NCBI GenBank assembly: GCA_964016885.1
Contig: OZ024746.1
Location: forward strand, 53,506,001-53,570,000
Direction of reading: 5' to 3'
From: Eledone cirrhosa
Lineage: Eukaryota
Length of the DNA stretch: 64,000 nt
Under the pieces are notes generated by a model. The model made no database searches. It was not told the origin of the DNA and saw only the letters and a list, made by a program, of their open reading frames with translations. Both the position numbers and the translations under genes were made by a program. Positions 13,366-26,639 of this stretch are shown piece by piece; the stretch's first letter is position 1; each line of letters starts with the position of its first letter.

Positions 13366-13860
13366 AGATCTTTAAATACTGTTCTATTTCTGATAGGTTC
13401 CTGATGTGAAAGTTTGGGTAACGGACTGGTGGGATCTGACATTATCACCTATTCCCCTTACTAAAATATTTCTATCTCTTTTGCGACAGACAGATAAAGA
13501 TTTGTTCCGAAATTTCACGAAAAGTTTCAAGTGTATTTATATGAAAGAATTTATTTAGGCTCGTAAAAAAGATAAGATTTAATAACAACACTAATACATT
13601 TTAAAACACTAAATGAGTATATATCACTCCTCATAAATTCTAGCAACATATACGTACGTGCCGACAGAACTAAAATATGTAAATGAACAAGAACATAGAA
13701 GAAAAGAAGCCTAAACACACATTACAAAATGACGAGACGAACTCTCTGGCAAGGCATTTAAATATAGTAGATAGCGTAGAAAATCTCAACCTACGCAAAT
13801 CTTATTTAACGTTAAAGAACCAGAAGAACAACTTCACAGTTAATTTATAACGCAGATGCA

Positions 13861-14126
13861 TTAATCACTTTGATACCAAACCACATAAAACCATCCTAGG
13901 TTCTGCGATACAAAACGGTTTGTTTTAAATTGCTTATATTTATCTAAAATTCTTCCATCAGAATTTTATCAGGGAGCCTTTGTTAAATCAGATTTTCAAC
14001 ATCAGCTTAATAATGGGAAAGTTAGTTATGGATTACTAAATCCCTACAAATTCCTACCAATTTTTAAAAGGATTTGAAAATCATAGGTAGTGTCTTTCAT
14101 TAGAAATATGTCAATAAAAGGGTTAA
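13861..14126. mobile_element. piggyBac-like MITE
   Basis: Bounded by ttaa...aaaagggttaa. Homologous to 26997-27238 (tttgataccaaaccac start; gtagaaatatg...aaaagg end). Confidence 0.6.
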
Positions 14127-15175
14127 TCTAGCGAATGAATTCTATATATATTAAAATAAAACACGCAAGAAACATAACACTAATGGAATTGTTGTAGCAC
14201 AACTTTCAAGTAGTTTAATAATATCAAAAATAAATTCAACTGCAGTTCGATATTGTAGAAATCTACCCATTTAGGTTGCAAAAAGACCCCCCCACCACAA
14301 AAAAAAAATAACCCTACCATCACCTACAACAACCAACATCAATAAGAAACAATGAAATACGGAGCAGTAATTTCAGATTTGGTTGGATTATGCAAACTAC
14401 ACACACCAGAAAACTAGATCTATTATTATTCGCATAGGATATAAAAAAAAATTGCTTACTCCCAGGATCTCATAACATGTATGGGTATGACACGGACAGA
14501 CTAAAAAATACACTTATTTAAACCTTTAAAAATTTACGATTAAAGCAAATCGGAAAAGGGAAAATTTCATAGATTCAACACTATGCCTAAACTGAGTGAA
14601 AAATAATATGTATAAATGGGAGCTCTAATCACTCGTCTAGAATCATACATCACATTACAGACAAGGTTAGCAGACATATATCTTACACTATTATAAAACA
14701 GAGAAACATTCAATAAAACAGCCTCTCTGCTTCACTATAATAATCTAGCTGGCAGTGGCTTTAACACTAATCTGAAATATATAGATCAATCAACCCATAA
14801 CAAAATGCCAAATTTAAAAATAGAAACATTATCTGATTTAAACTTCCCCATAGTTTAAATGTATCCATAACTTTAGTCAGGTCACTCCATACTCTTATTC
14901 AGTACACACTTCTCTTCACACATATCTCGCAAGATCTTCAGCAACATTTCAGTTACGGCCAGCTATTGTTGTATTAATGACACATGATTATAAAGCAGAA
15001 ATAACAAGCAAATATCTATAAAGAACAGAGAAACAAACCAACCAACCCGAATAACATTTCAGAGACACGACTAAGTGTTCTCTCAACGAAAAACAACTGT
15101 CAAATGAAATAGTATATACAAAGCAGATGTAGAACCAGAAGATCATTCAGCAAATAGAAATATCGAGAGAAATGT

Positions 15176-15441
15176 GAAGGCGCGTGGTTTTTAGGGTTAG
15201 TGTGTTCAGATGACAATCGCTAAGTCGTGACTTCATTTCGCTTGAGCAAGTCACTTATTTTGCGCTGCTTTTGACTACATCGGACAGCGAAAAGAATTGT
15301 ACGTTGTAATTTAAAGACCAAAACTTGTCACCCCCTCACACACTGCCACGTTGAATCTTCCTGAGAAATACGTTATGGGTGCATGTGTCCCCAACAGGCG
15401 GCAAAATGAATTGTACGATGTAAATTAAAGAGCACACTTTG

Positions 15442-15487
<46 letters not shown>

Positions 15488-15630
15488 CCTAGCTGAATCT
15501 TTCTGAGAATTACGTTACGAGTAGATATGTCTCTGAAATGTTCACTCACTTGCCTGTTAATTTCACGAACAGGCTGTTGCGTTGATCGAATCAACTAGAA
15601 GAATCGTTCCCGGAATCGATTACGGTCGTA
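15176..15630 (+). mobile_element. SINE S1-type head with internally duplicated body
   Basis: gaaggcgcgtgg...cttgagcaagtcacttattttgcgctgct. The body segment gaattgtacg...gaatctt.ctgagaa.tacgtta occurs twice (about 15295 and 15408). Confidence 0.6.
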
Positions 15631-15937
15631 CACACAACACACGTATATCGAATTGACCCTAACCACCTTTAAAGCTAGACTCACACAACACGTTTATTTG
15701 TTTAAATCCAGAAATAAGTGCAAAGTAACATATTTAAAAAAGAACAAAAACAGACGAGAAAACATTAACACGATGAAAATGGAGTATTGTTGTAAATCAA
15801 AAGTATAGAATGATGACTGTAGCCCACTTTTAACTTCGTGCTACAATAATAATAAAAACAATCCTCAAGATCTTGATTATGTCTGGCTGTATTTCAAACA
15901 GAAGGTTTTATAAACCGTAAATGTTTTTGTAATGATA

Positions 15938-16297
15938 GAGGCGACGAATTGGCAGAGTCGTTACAATGCTTTGTAGTATTCATTTCGGCTCTCTGCTCTC
16001 TAAGTTCAAATCTCACCGAGGTCGAGTTTGCCTTTCATCCATTCAAAGTCGATGAATAAAGTACCAGTCAAGAACTGGGGTCGATTCTTCCTCTATACCT
16101 CTTTCTCACTTCCTTTCTCTCACTCCGCCAGGTATCAAATATGCCCTAGAAACGCCTTATGATTCCTCAGGAGTTACGGGTCCTTACCATACCATAATGT
16201 TGGATAGAATGCTTCGTAGTATTCGATCCAGATTTCTACACTCTGAGTACAAATGCTGTCGAGGTCAACTCTTTCATCCTTCCGGGGTCGACAAATA
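15938..16297 (+). mobile_element. Two diverged SINE S2 copies (15938-16090 and 16200-16297)
   Basis: aggcgacgaattggcagagtcg...gttcaaatc...gcctttcatcc...gtcgatgaataaagtaccagt; second copy ctttcatccttccggggtcgac. Confidence 0.7.
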
Positions 16298-16406
16298 ACG
16301 TCCTTGTATAATTCTGATGTCGAATCTTCCACTATATCTCTTTCTTACTTACTCTTTTTCTGTCTCCCTCTTTGGAAGCAATCATCTGTGTTCACACCCG
16401 GTGAGG

Positions 16407-16589
16407 CAGGCATGTCAAAAAAAGGATCCCCCGAGAGACACATGGGTCATATATGTGTTTTCTGAGGGCCACACACGACAACTAATTGCGCACATTACGA
16501 AGATAAAACATGCTCGCGCTGTAAATACCTTCCAGCAGGTTGCAGGTGTGCCTGAAATATGTGTGTCCGTGGTGTGTTTGACATGTCTG
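16407..16589. mobile_element. hAT-type MITE
   Basis: TIRs caggcatgtcaaa / tttgacatgtctg. 8-bp TSD cggtgagg (16399-16406) / tggtgagg (16590-16597), 7 of 8 identical. Confidence 0.82.
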
Positions 16590-16955
16590 TGGTGAGGAAT
16601 AGGCTCAGCCATGTTTAAATGTCACAACCGGGTCTTTACAATTCCACCAAAGATAAAAACCGAACAGAACGGAACAGAAATGTGTTCATTTCCAAAATGA
16701 AAGCAACTGAGACGAGCTACCAACTTATACGGTGCCACAAAGTAGTTTATATATATATCTTCGGTTCTGATAAACAAGGGAATGACTACATATATATTCT
16801 GTCATTACCATAACAGAAGTCCGACGAGCTTTTGCTTCCAGAGTCGGGCCAGATCGATCAGATCGAACCTTGAGCTGATCAATCGCAAAACACGCGCGTC
16901 ACTACTCAATAAACGTAATAAAGACCTAACAAATCGTTTTTTATTATTATTATTA

Positions 16956-17047
<92 letters not shown>

Positions 17048-17147
17048 TACATCTCTCTTCACCACCGGATCTTGTTACCCGGAGAATTACCCATCTGCAT
17101 GGTTGAGGCTTCCAAAACGGCCTAAAGAAAATATATCATATATATAT

Positions 17148-17235
<88 letters not shown>

Positions 17236-17321
17236 AGAGGTGAGTTTTATTGTAGTACAATAAAGCAATGCAGATATCAGATAAGTAGCACTCTACAGTT
17301 TGTAGGACTGGAGTATAAATA

Positions 17322-17646
17322 ATATATAAGATCAAAAGATGGTTAAAAGAGTTCCATGTATTTTATTATGCGCATTTCAAAAACAAATATCATCATGCGA
17401 TGACATTTGCGTTTTCGTCAGATAAAATAGGGAGACATGATATGAAGGTTAAGAAACACTTGTGAATAGTGCAGTTTTAAATCAACATATGTTGATTTAA
17501 AACTGCACTATTCACAAGTGTTTCTTAACCTTCATATCATGTCTCCCTATTTTATCTGACGAAAACGCAAATGTCATCGCATGATGATATTTGTTTTTGA
17601 AATGCGCATAATAAAATACATGGAACTCTTTAAACCATCTTTTGAT

Positions 17647-17655
<9 letters not shown>
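17322..17655. repeat. Spacerless palindrome of about 334 bp; each arm is a PLE pLTR-like segment with a hammerhead
   Basis: Centre caacat|atgttg at 17488/17489; one mismatch seen. Plus-strand HHR at 17549-17617: attttat-CTGACGA-long stem II-GAAA-tgcgca-TA-ataaaat. Single-arm homologue at 43928-44100. Confidence 0.93.
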
Positions 17656-17708
<53 letters not shown>

Positions 17709-18154
17709 GATGGATTCAGTTTGAAACTGGTTAGACCATTACTCAACAGAGTACTCGATACTTGGGGTTGTAGAGTATGGTTATACTATAAAGAGTCGGA
17801 AACCGACGAATTAACTAGTGCTGTTTCAACAGCTCGTTCAAATTTTAGACTCGTCTCGAATTAGCTTTTGAAACGGCAGGCGCTCAGCAGTCGGGTCTCG
17901 ACTCTTTTCTTTATAAAATATATATATACATATGTATGTGTGTGTGTGTTTATTTGTCGGGGCTCCATTTATTATTCAGCTTGGATCGCAAAGAGTTAAA
18001 AAAATAAAAATATTTTTAATCCAGTCTACTCCCACCTCCAAAGGTTTGTAAAGTCGAGCTTCACATTAAGTAATTCTCCTCTTCATTAAACACACACGCA
18101 TGCAAAGAAACATACAGGCATTTCAAAATTCATATATATTCACACACACGCACG

Positions 18155-18201
<47 letters not shown>

Positions 18202-18606
18202 ACATACATACACACATATATACATACACACAGACGCATACATAAACAAGGGTGCGCGCACACAGTTGTTTTATGTGAAAAACAAAACATGCACTGGATT
18301 AAGATATATGTCTATCTGCCTGACTGTATGTATGTGAGTACATGTACTCACACACATGCTACGCCCTCCCACACACTGACATACACGAAGAAGTGTTGTA
18401 TTTAAAGAGTTGTTGGTTTGTCAAGCTTAGTTGAGGTCAAGGAAGGCATTTCTATTTAGGCCAACGCACAGTAAAATGTCCGCTTTATTCACATCACAGA
18501 CCAGCTTCTGTTACTGTCGCTACTACTACTACTACTACTGTTGCTACTGGTGTTATCGTTGAGTGTGGTGGCTGACGATATACATATGTACATCATGTCG
18601 TTGATG

Positions 18607-18642
<36 letters not shown>

Positions 18643-18839
18643 ACGCGCGCACACACACACAGCAATGTGCGGCGTGAGTTTGTGTGGGTGCTTTTCATAC
18701 GAACACGCAGACACACACACTCGTATACATATATACACTTTCATACATAGACCTCTCTCTCTCTCTCTCTCTCGAATGTTATCTGTAGCATGTTATGCGT
18801 ACGCACACCAGGTCTATATTATTATATATTTATATACTG

Positions 18840-19404
18840 TATACATATATGTATGTACGTATACATGCATACTTACATTTAAGTAAGTGCCATACTAAGA
18901 GTGAGAAATGAAATTTCGTTTTCATTTTGTTTCAATTTATCGTTTTCGGTATGCCTGACCGATTTAACTCACTCAATATGCAAATTAGGCTGCTCAGCCG
19001 TTAATTTTCATAAGGAAAGTATATACTTTCGAACGTTCAACTATCTGGCAGATGGGTAAACGGTGCTGATGATAGCTAACAAGCTTGAAACTAGTACATC
19101 GTTCCTGTGTCAGTGTTGAACAAAAAGGTGACGTGGTTGCCTTAACACCGTATGGCATAAATTCAGGCTGTTCAGTTTGTTTACAAACGAACAAAGCGAC
19201 GTTAGCGCCGCTAAACTGATACGTGCATATATGTATGTGTACCTGTATGCATATGTATATGTATATGTATATATATATATATATGTGCATGCTACTGTAC
19301 GTCTGTATACATATATGTATGTACGTATACATGCATACTTACATTTAAGTAAGTGCCATACTAAGAGTGAGAAATGAAATTTCGTTTTCATTTTGTTTCA
19401 ATTT
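18840..19404 (+). mobile_element. Retrozyme-like element, family R2, second locus (466-nt period)
   Basis: Terminal block repeated at 18901 and 19367. Reverse-complement homologue of 8357-8900. Confidence 0.8.
19059..19103 (+). ncRNA. Minimal type I hammerhead ribozyme
   Basis: aacggtg-CTGATGA-t-agct-aaca-agct-t-GAAA-ctag-TA-catcgtt. Confidence 0.87.
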
Positions 19405-19492
19405 ATATATATATATATATATATATGTAGTCATTAATTTATACAACCTCCTGTCTTATTGCTTTGTGATTACACACACACACACACACACA

Positions 19493-19617
<125 letters not shown>

Positions 19618-20614
19618 GAGTCCCGGGTTCAATCGAGGGTAACTACATTTTTAAAAGTTCTCAATACAAAATTGTAAGCATCAAATTTAATATAGAAATA
19701 GCTTCGGCGTGACTAGAAATATTTCATTAAAAGCAGATCAATAGGGGACTTTCCTGATGATTTCTTTTGATTGAAACAGTTCTAGTCCCGTAGAAGCCCA
19801 TCTCTCTCTCTCTCTCTCTCTCTCTAATCAGATACTTGGAGTAGTAGAGTGGGTAATATGAAAGTTCGGATCTAGCTGTCGAAACGGCCGAAGCTCAATC
19901 GTCGGATTCCTGAATCTTTATATATATATAGATATGTTTATCCCGGGTTCAATCGGGGGTCACCACAGTAAGTAAGGTACTCAATACAAAAAAGAGTATA
20001 AATGTTTAATATAAAAAAAGCTTCTACAGGACTAGAACTCGGGAGAAATCAGCAGGAAGCATCAGAAATCATCAGGGCTTCTCCCGAATGAAACATTTAT
20101 ATATATATATATATATATATATTCAAATATATATATATATATATTTGAATATACCTTCAACGTTTAGATAGATGTTTCATGATATTCAACTGTTATCATC
20201 AGGTTCGACATTATATTCTCGTGAGCGGATGAGAGTTGAGCAACTTGAAACACTGGGTTGAAATAAAATCTACACGTGTCTGCATACATATGCAATGGGA
20301 AACCATACCTGAAACTGCGAAGTTAATGTCAGAAATTAAATCGTACACTCGGCTTACACTTATTGAGTGCTCATTTTGGTAATGTTTGAACGTTTGAATA
20401 TACTGTTATTTAAAATACCCACTTCAGTATATATATATATATCCAGTGAACTTCCAACCGTCAAGGTTGTTCTTTTGCGGGTATGTCAACATTTATAAAA
20501 CAAATTTTGTATTTTATCTGATGAAAGCGCACCAAAATTTGCCTTGGTTGCCCTTGAAATATATCTAATAAAATAATTATGGTTTTATAAATATAGTTTC
20601 CATTTATTAATATA

Positions 20615-20714
<100 letters not shown>

Positions 20715-20722
20715 CCGTTGAA

Positions 20723-20863
20723 TATTTATATTCAAACTCACCCTACGGACTTGAGTTGCTCTACACCTTGGATTTTTATTTACCTATATATATAAGCAAT
20801 AACTAAATAAAAATCCAAGGTGTAGAGCAACTCATGTCCGTAGGGTGAGTTTGAATATAAATA
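20723..20863. repeat. Inverted repeat with 60-bp arms (pLTR-like ends facing a short TA spacer)
   Basis: tatttatattcaaactcaccctacggacttgag...gatttttattta and its reverse complement at 20804-20863, with one mismatch. Confidence 0.88.
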
Positions 20864-21035
20864 CCAGATACGCACGTTTCGTTGATCGTTGATGACCAAC
20901 TTGCTCAACCTGTGCCGTTCTTTTTCATCAGCACAAGATGAACAATGAAACGTACATACCTGGTATGGCACCTTTGTAGTATTGACCTACCCGTCTCCTT
21001 AATCTTTCTATTTCTTCTTCAATTTCCTCATTCTT

Positions 21036-21071
21036 TCTTCTGATGAAGGACTAGTGTCCGAAACATTAAGA
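21036..21071 (+). ncRNA. Minimal hammerhead motif
   Basis: tctt-CTGATGA-a-ggac-tagt-gtcc-GAAA-ca-TT-aaga. Confidence 0.62.
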
Positions 21072-21455
21072 CTCTTTTCCTACTATATCAAGCGTAAAAC
21101 TATTAATATATTTCTTCATTGTACTCTGTCGTTTGCTTTTTTACTGTTTGCCTTTTGCATATTTATATATCCTCATTTGAGTCAATAGACTAGACAATGG
21201 TCAAGGATGAGGATATCTTCATGTCTGGTTATCGATCTCTGTTAGTCGAACTGGTAAGCAGCAGGACTTAATCAAACTGCTCACAAATTCCACTCAAAGA
21301 ACATTGGCCAATCCCAATCTATAGCAGAAGACACGTGACCAAGATCCACACGGTGGAACTCAAATGTAAACATGTGGGAACGAGGTTAATAATTTACAAA
21401 CATGCTGTTTACACACACCCCCCCACACACACATGGTCATGTTAGTAGATAAAGA

Positions 21456-21526
21456 TTCCTTCTGATGAACGAATTCAGGCGCTTCTGTTAAAATCGTCTA
21501 ACTTCGTGAAACCTTGGGTAATGGAA
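21456..21526 (+). ncRNA. Type I hammerhead motif
   Basis: ttcctt-CTGATGA-acgaa...ttcgt-GAAA-cc ttg gg-TA-atggaa. Confidence 0.7.
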
Positions 21527-21679
21527 TAATTATATTGTGTTGTTTATTACATAATTAAATAGCTCTGTACAATACATAGAGCACTCTTCTTTCCTTTACC
21601 TTTTCCACGGAAATACTTAATAAATACACACACACACATATCTATGTGTTCGTGTTAACACTTGAGATTATAGTATAGG

Positions 21680-22020
21680 TTTAGTAATGTGTAATGATAT
21701 TTTTAGTAATTTTAATAGTGCTGGTAGTAGTTGTAGTAATTCTGGTGTTGTAGCTATAATTATGGCAGTGGTAGTGGTGAGTAATGGTATCTGTAAAGGT
21801 GTTGGTCATGTTAGTAGTGATAGTAGTTGTAGCACTGGTACTAGTAGTAATGTTATTGGTAGTTATGTGTCGGTGGTAAGGGATGTAATATAGTGGTGAA
21901 ACACGTGACTTTTAGTAATGGTAGCTGTAGTAGTAATGGTGGCAATGATCCCAATAGATAAGAAGTATTATTATTATTAGTAGTAATGGTAGTAGTAGTA
22001 ATGGTAGTAGTGTCGGTGAT
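21680..22020. repeat. Degenerate (GTA)n tract
   Basis: Direct reading. Confidence 0.8.
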
Positions 22021-24356
22021 AGAAAATAAACACTAAGCTATGCAAAGCTTACATAATCTTGTCTTTCATTCTTTGAAAGCTGTGTGTGTTATTACATTTA
22101 TAAACATATACATTTATACGAGTATATACATATGTATATACGTATGTACTTATATACACATACATACATAAATGTTTCCATATTATATGAGTGAATATAT
22201 ACATATATATATATTTATATACACATCCGTATGTGTATATATGGATGAATATATATATATGTACGTATGTTTGTAGGTATGTATGTATATAATGTTATGT
22301 AAAGTATACCTTTCCTGATAAACATACACACCTTAACTTCACTGCGGATAGTAAACAAAATGTTTCCAGAAAAAAGTATTCATTTTTTTCGTGATAGAGA
22401 ACGTTAGACCAATCTAATAGTTTCTTGCTAAACCTTCGTTCACCCACGAAGAGATTCGTAGCTCAGAACTACTTACTGTCTATACACACCTCTGACGCCA
22501 TTAAATTGGCCATTTTAATTTTCATAATAGGGTATATGCTAATACCACTAAAAGGGTATGTCTAATTTACATAACAGAGCATGCGATAGTAACTTAAGAT
22601 TAAATTAATTCTTAGAACGCCACTAAAATGGATAGTCTAATTTGCATAATAGCGCATACACTGACAATGTGTATTATATAATTACTGGGACTCCACGAAA
22701 ATAATCAGGCTCATTTTCATATTTAAGGTATGCGCGGACAATGGGGATTAATTAATTAATGGTGTGCTATAGAGCTAGTTTTTCGTCTTATTTTGTTTGG
22801 CTAAATTGAAATGAAATACTAGGTATGTCTTTTATATAGACATAAAACTGTTTGCTCCATGCTGTGGAAAGTAAATAATCCATGTGGACAGTAGTTTGGT
22901 ATTGTTTTCTCTGAGGAAGCTCTAAGATGTTTAGAAACTAGTCGGATTGATCCCGTTTCAATACCTACTGAGAAATATTACCTGTGTGTGTTTTGCTATT
23001 TTTATTATTCACAGCGAGACTAAATTGTGTAATTATGAAAAGAAGTTTATTTAATTCTATTTCAAATTATCTCCCCTAAATAGTATAGCGTTCGCCGTTC
23101 CATCGCCCTCTTCAATGCGTTATACGTAACCATGACACAAACAAATCAATAACAAGCCTTAAGCGTAGAACATGCAACAAGCGTAGAAGATACAGTCGCC
23201 ATAATGGACACACTTGACGTGGTCGCGATATTAAGAAAAACCTAGAAAAACCTAGAAAACAACTAAAATTCAACATCTAGAACAGTACGGATAAAACTCT
23301 TAGCGATACAATGACTCCATTTCTTGGTATAAACACTCAGAAAATAACAGATACATCACGTCCATTTACACCGAAGGCACAAATAAATGCTTGTACTTAT
23401 AGATACAGTGAATGTCAACATATGTGTACAAAATGTCAGAGGTAAAATCGTTAATTAGAAGAGTATTTAGATTCTTCCCTATAAATGAAACACTAGATAA
23501 AGAAATTTTCAGAATAATAGCAAAATACTATCCAACAACGGGTGTTCTAACAAACTAATAGATTAAGACAACAATACAAATACAATACATCAAATACCAT
23601 GGAAACCACACCTATTAAAATTACATACACCACACATAAAGTGTATTTTATGGATCAACATAAAAGCGTATATATACATATATACAATATTGTCATTTAA
23701 TGTATGTTTATTATACATAAACACATTGTATACGTTATTCATATACGCCTTTATCCTGGATCCCGTTACGTTAGTGCAACCTCTAATTGATACTAATCAG
23801 TATATGGATTAAATACATACAAACTATGAATACGTAGTAGGAAACCTCGTAAAACAGATCACAAAATCCATTACACCAGACATAAACTAATACTAATTCT
23901 ATAAAGAAACACTTATAAACCTTCCTATGGAGAAATTTCTTATAACGAGCGCAAATTATTGGTTTTCGTATCACTTTCCGATCATTACCCCGTATAAGGG
24001 GTCGCTCAAACAACACATCCTTCGTTTACGAACATATCAAGATAAGAAATTGGGAATGGAATGTCTCATTCAACAAAAGGTGTGTTGCTACCGGTTTCAC
24101 ACGTTAGAATACATTCTTTGCTTTTTATATAAATAAACCACAAACGTGTAACTCTAGAATCAAGCTACTAATCGTCATGCGATGGAATTGTAAATTTAAT
24201 TGCAAGCTTTACTCCCATATTAGCCATACAAGTTTCATACTCTTCTACCAGGTCATCCATACAGTTACATTAAGACGCAATTTGAAATACACTCTGCTAC
24301 AGAACACAAAATAAAGCTAGTCAGAAAAATATTAGTGGATACCACATCTATACTCT

Positions 24357-24868
24357 GTGGAGGCGGTTGGCCTAGTGGTAAGAATGTTGGACTTACGATC
24401 ATAATGATTTCTACTATAGGCACAAGGCCACACATTTTCGATGAGGGCAAAGTCGATTAAATTGACCCCAGTGCATTACTGGAACTTTATTCTTATCGAA
24501 TCCGTAAGGATGAAAGGCAAAGCTAACCTCGGCTGGATTTGAACTCAGAACGTAAAAGATCGTAACTCTATGCTGCGAAGCATGTTGTTCGAAGCTCTGT
24601 TGATACTGCCAATCCACCGCCCTTACGATCATAATGTTGTGTTCGATTCCCGGGCTGGGTTGCGTGTTGTGTTCTTGAACAAAACACTGCATTTCACGTT
24701 GCTCTAGTATACTCAGCTGAAAATGAGTACCAGCGATATCTGGGGATTTAACCCTACGATGGACTGGCGTCCTGTTTAGAGGGGAGTCCTGTACTTTCAG
24801 TTGCTTCACGCCATGAAACTGGGATAAGCACCGGCCAAATGAGCCTTCTGGCTTAAGACAGACTTTAT
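24357..24868 (+). mobile_element. SINE S1-type element with a nested antisense SINE S2 (24407-24621)
   Basis: A box tggcctagtgg and B box gttcgattcc are separated by the insert. 15-bp TSD cttacgatcataatg at 24392-24406 and 24622-24636. The 3' body is repeated at 24978-25115. Confidence 0.88.
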
Positions 24869-25359
24869 AAAGTGATAAATTGCTTTCAGTACACTTTTGT
24901 AAAGTGATAGTGCTGGTGCCACGATAAAATACACACAGTGTATTTTGTAAAATGGTAGTGCTAGTGTCATGATTAGGATCCAGCTGGGGGTTTAACCTTG
25001 CGATGGACTAGTGTCCTGTCTAGGGGTGGTGATAAGAGTTTTGTACTCTCAGTCGCTTCACGGCATGGAACCGGGATAAGCACCGTCCCAACGAGCCGCC
25101 TGGCTTAAGACAGCCCTTAGACTTTAGACATCAATAATCTACATATTACACGTATAACAAACGATTAAAGATGTATACAATACCCAGAATGCAACACAAT
25201 GCTAAAATAGATAGAGAACAAACGCTAGTCAGGAATAAGAAGAAACAGTTGACTGATGAACTATAAAACAAACTGCTAAAAAATAAACTTGTTCAGTAAA
25301 GTCTACACCTATCATATTTGTCTATAACTATGTAGATGAAACACACGCCAATATCACTT

Positions 25360-25400
25360 CATCCTGAAGATGAGTCTGTATAGTTTTAGAAACGTTGATG
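25360..25400 (+). ncRNA. Minimal hammerhead motif
   Basis: catc-CTGAAGA-tgagtct gtat agtttta-GAAA-cg-TT-gatg. Confidence 0.65.
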
Positions 25401-26024
25401 CTGGATTTAGAAGCTCTACTGTTTCACATAATCTGCAAGGTGGAATTCATACAGAAATCTGAAGAAATATTGACAAAAAGAGATAAAACTAGAACACATT
25501 GGTGTATACAATACAATGAATATTTAGAGAGAGAGAGACACACTCACACACACTCTCAAATTCGTATATATACATATACAAGTGTGTGTGTATATACATA
25601 TACGTCAATATATATATATACATATCCATATACATATCCAATATATATACATATCCATACACACACATGTAGATCAACACAAACATCATAATCTTCCTTT
25701 TCATCATCATCATCATCATCGTTAAGTATGGATTTATTTATTTATCAAGTATTTTTTAATCTCTAAAGTATATTTAGTAATCTTAAGATTCCTACCACAC
25801 ATGCACACACGCACACGCACACATTCATATGCAGTTTATACACACATATATGTACGGATTTATGTGTGTATGCAAGTGTGTATGTATGTAGTATGTTTGA
25901 ATATAAAGATAAACACACAGACGAGTACGGGGGAAAAGAGTATATGTATTTTGTTTTTAAGCTAAAAATACTTCAGAGTTTGACAAGCGTTATATACATG
26001 AAACTCGATGATGTGTGAATATAT

Positions 26025-26027
26025 AGC

Positions 26028-26097
<70 letters not shown>

Positions 26098-26163
26098 TGT
26101 ATGTATGTATGTATGTATGTATGTATGTATGTATGTATGTATGTATGTATGTATGTATGTATG

Positions 26164-26195
<32 letters not shown>

Positions 26196-26340
26196 CAGAT
26201 AGATGTTTGTATGTGCGTGTATATATATAGAGAGATAGACAGAGATATGTATATATATGTATCTGTATATATATACAGAGAGATATGTATATATATGTAT
26301 GTGCGTGTCTATATATATATAGAGAGAGAAAGAGAGAGGA

Positions 26341-26420
<80 letters not shown>
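26025..26420. repeat. (GATA)n-(GTAT)n-(TA)n compound microsatellite
   Basis: Direct reading. Confidence 0.95.
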
Positions 26421-26421
<1 letters not shown>

Positions 26422-26639
26422 TTGACTTAAGATGTTTTGTGAAAATTTGAAATGTAGTCGTCCTAAATGCAATGACTATAGTAATAGTCGATCATATATA
26501 TTAGTTGAACGTGTCTTCTGCTGTATATTGTATTGCCAATTGCAGCACTACTTTACTATCTACTTCGAAGGTTTCTACCTTTTGATTCATTTAGTGCTTT
26601 CTCCCATTTTTGTCTTCTTCGTTGATTTTCCTCTCTCAT

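Larger units (their letters stand above)
13500..15920 (+). pseudogene. Highly degenerate Penelope-like element (RT to GIY-YIG), interrupted by a MITE and a SINE
   Basis: Fragmentary motifs: SNH near 14625, IYKADVE near 15115, YIELTLTTFKARLTQH near 15644-15690 (compare YIGATSTTFKERWYNH in the 50-kb element). Boundaries approximate. Confidence 0.55.

Noticed and set aside
23200-24350. Possible decayed AP-endonuclease (VNICVQNVRG near 23415)
   Set aside because: Only one or two weak motifs and no sustained frame; not enough to call.
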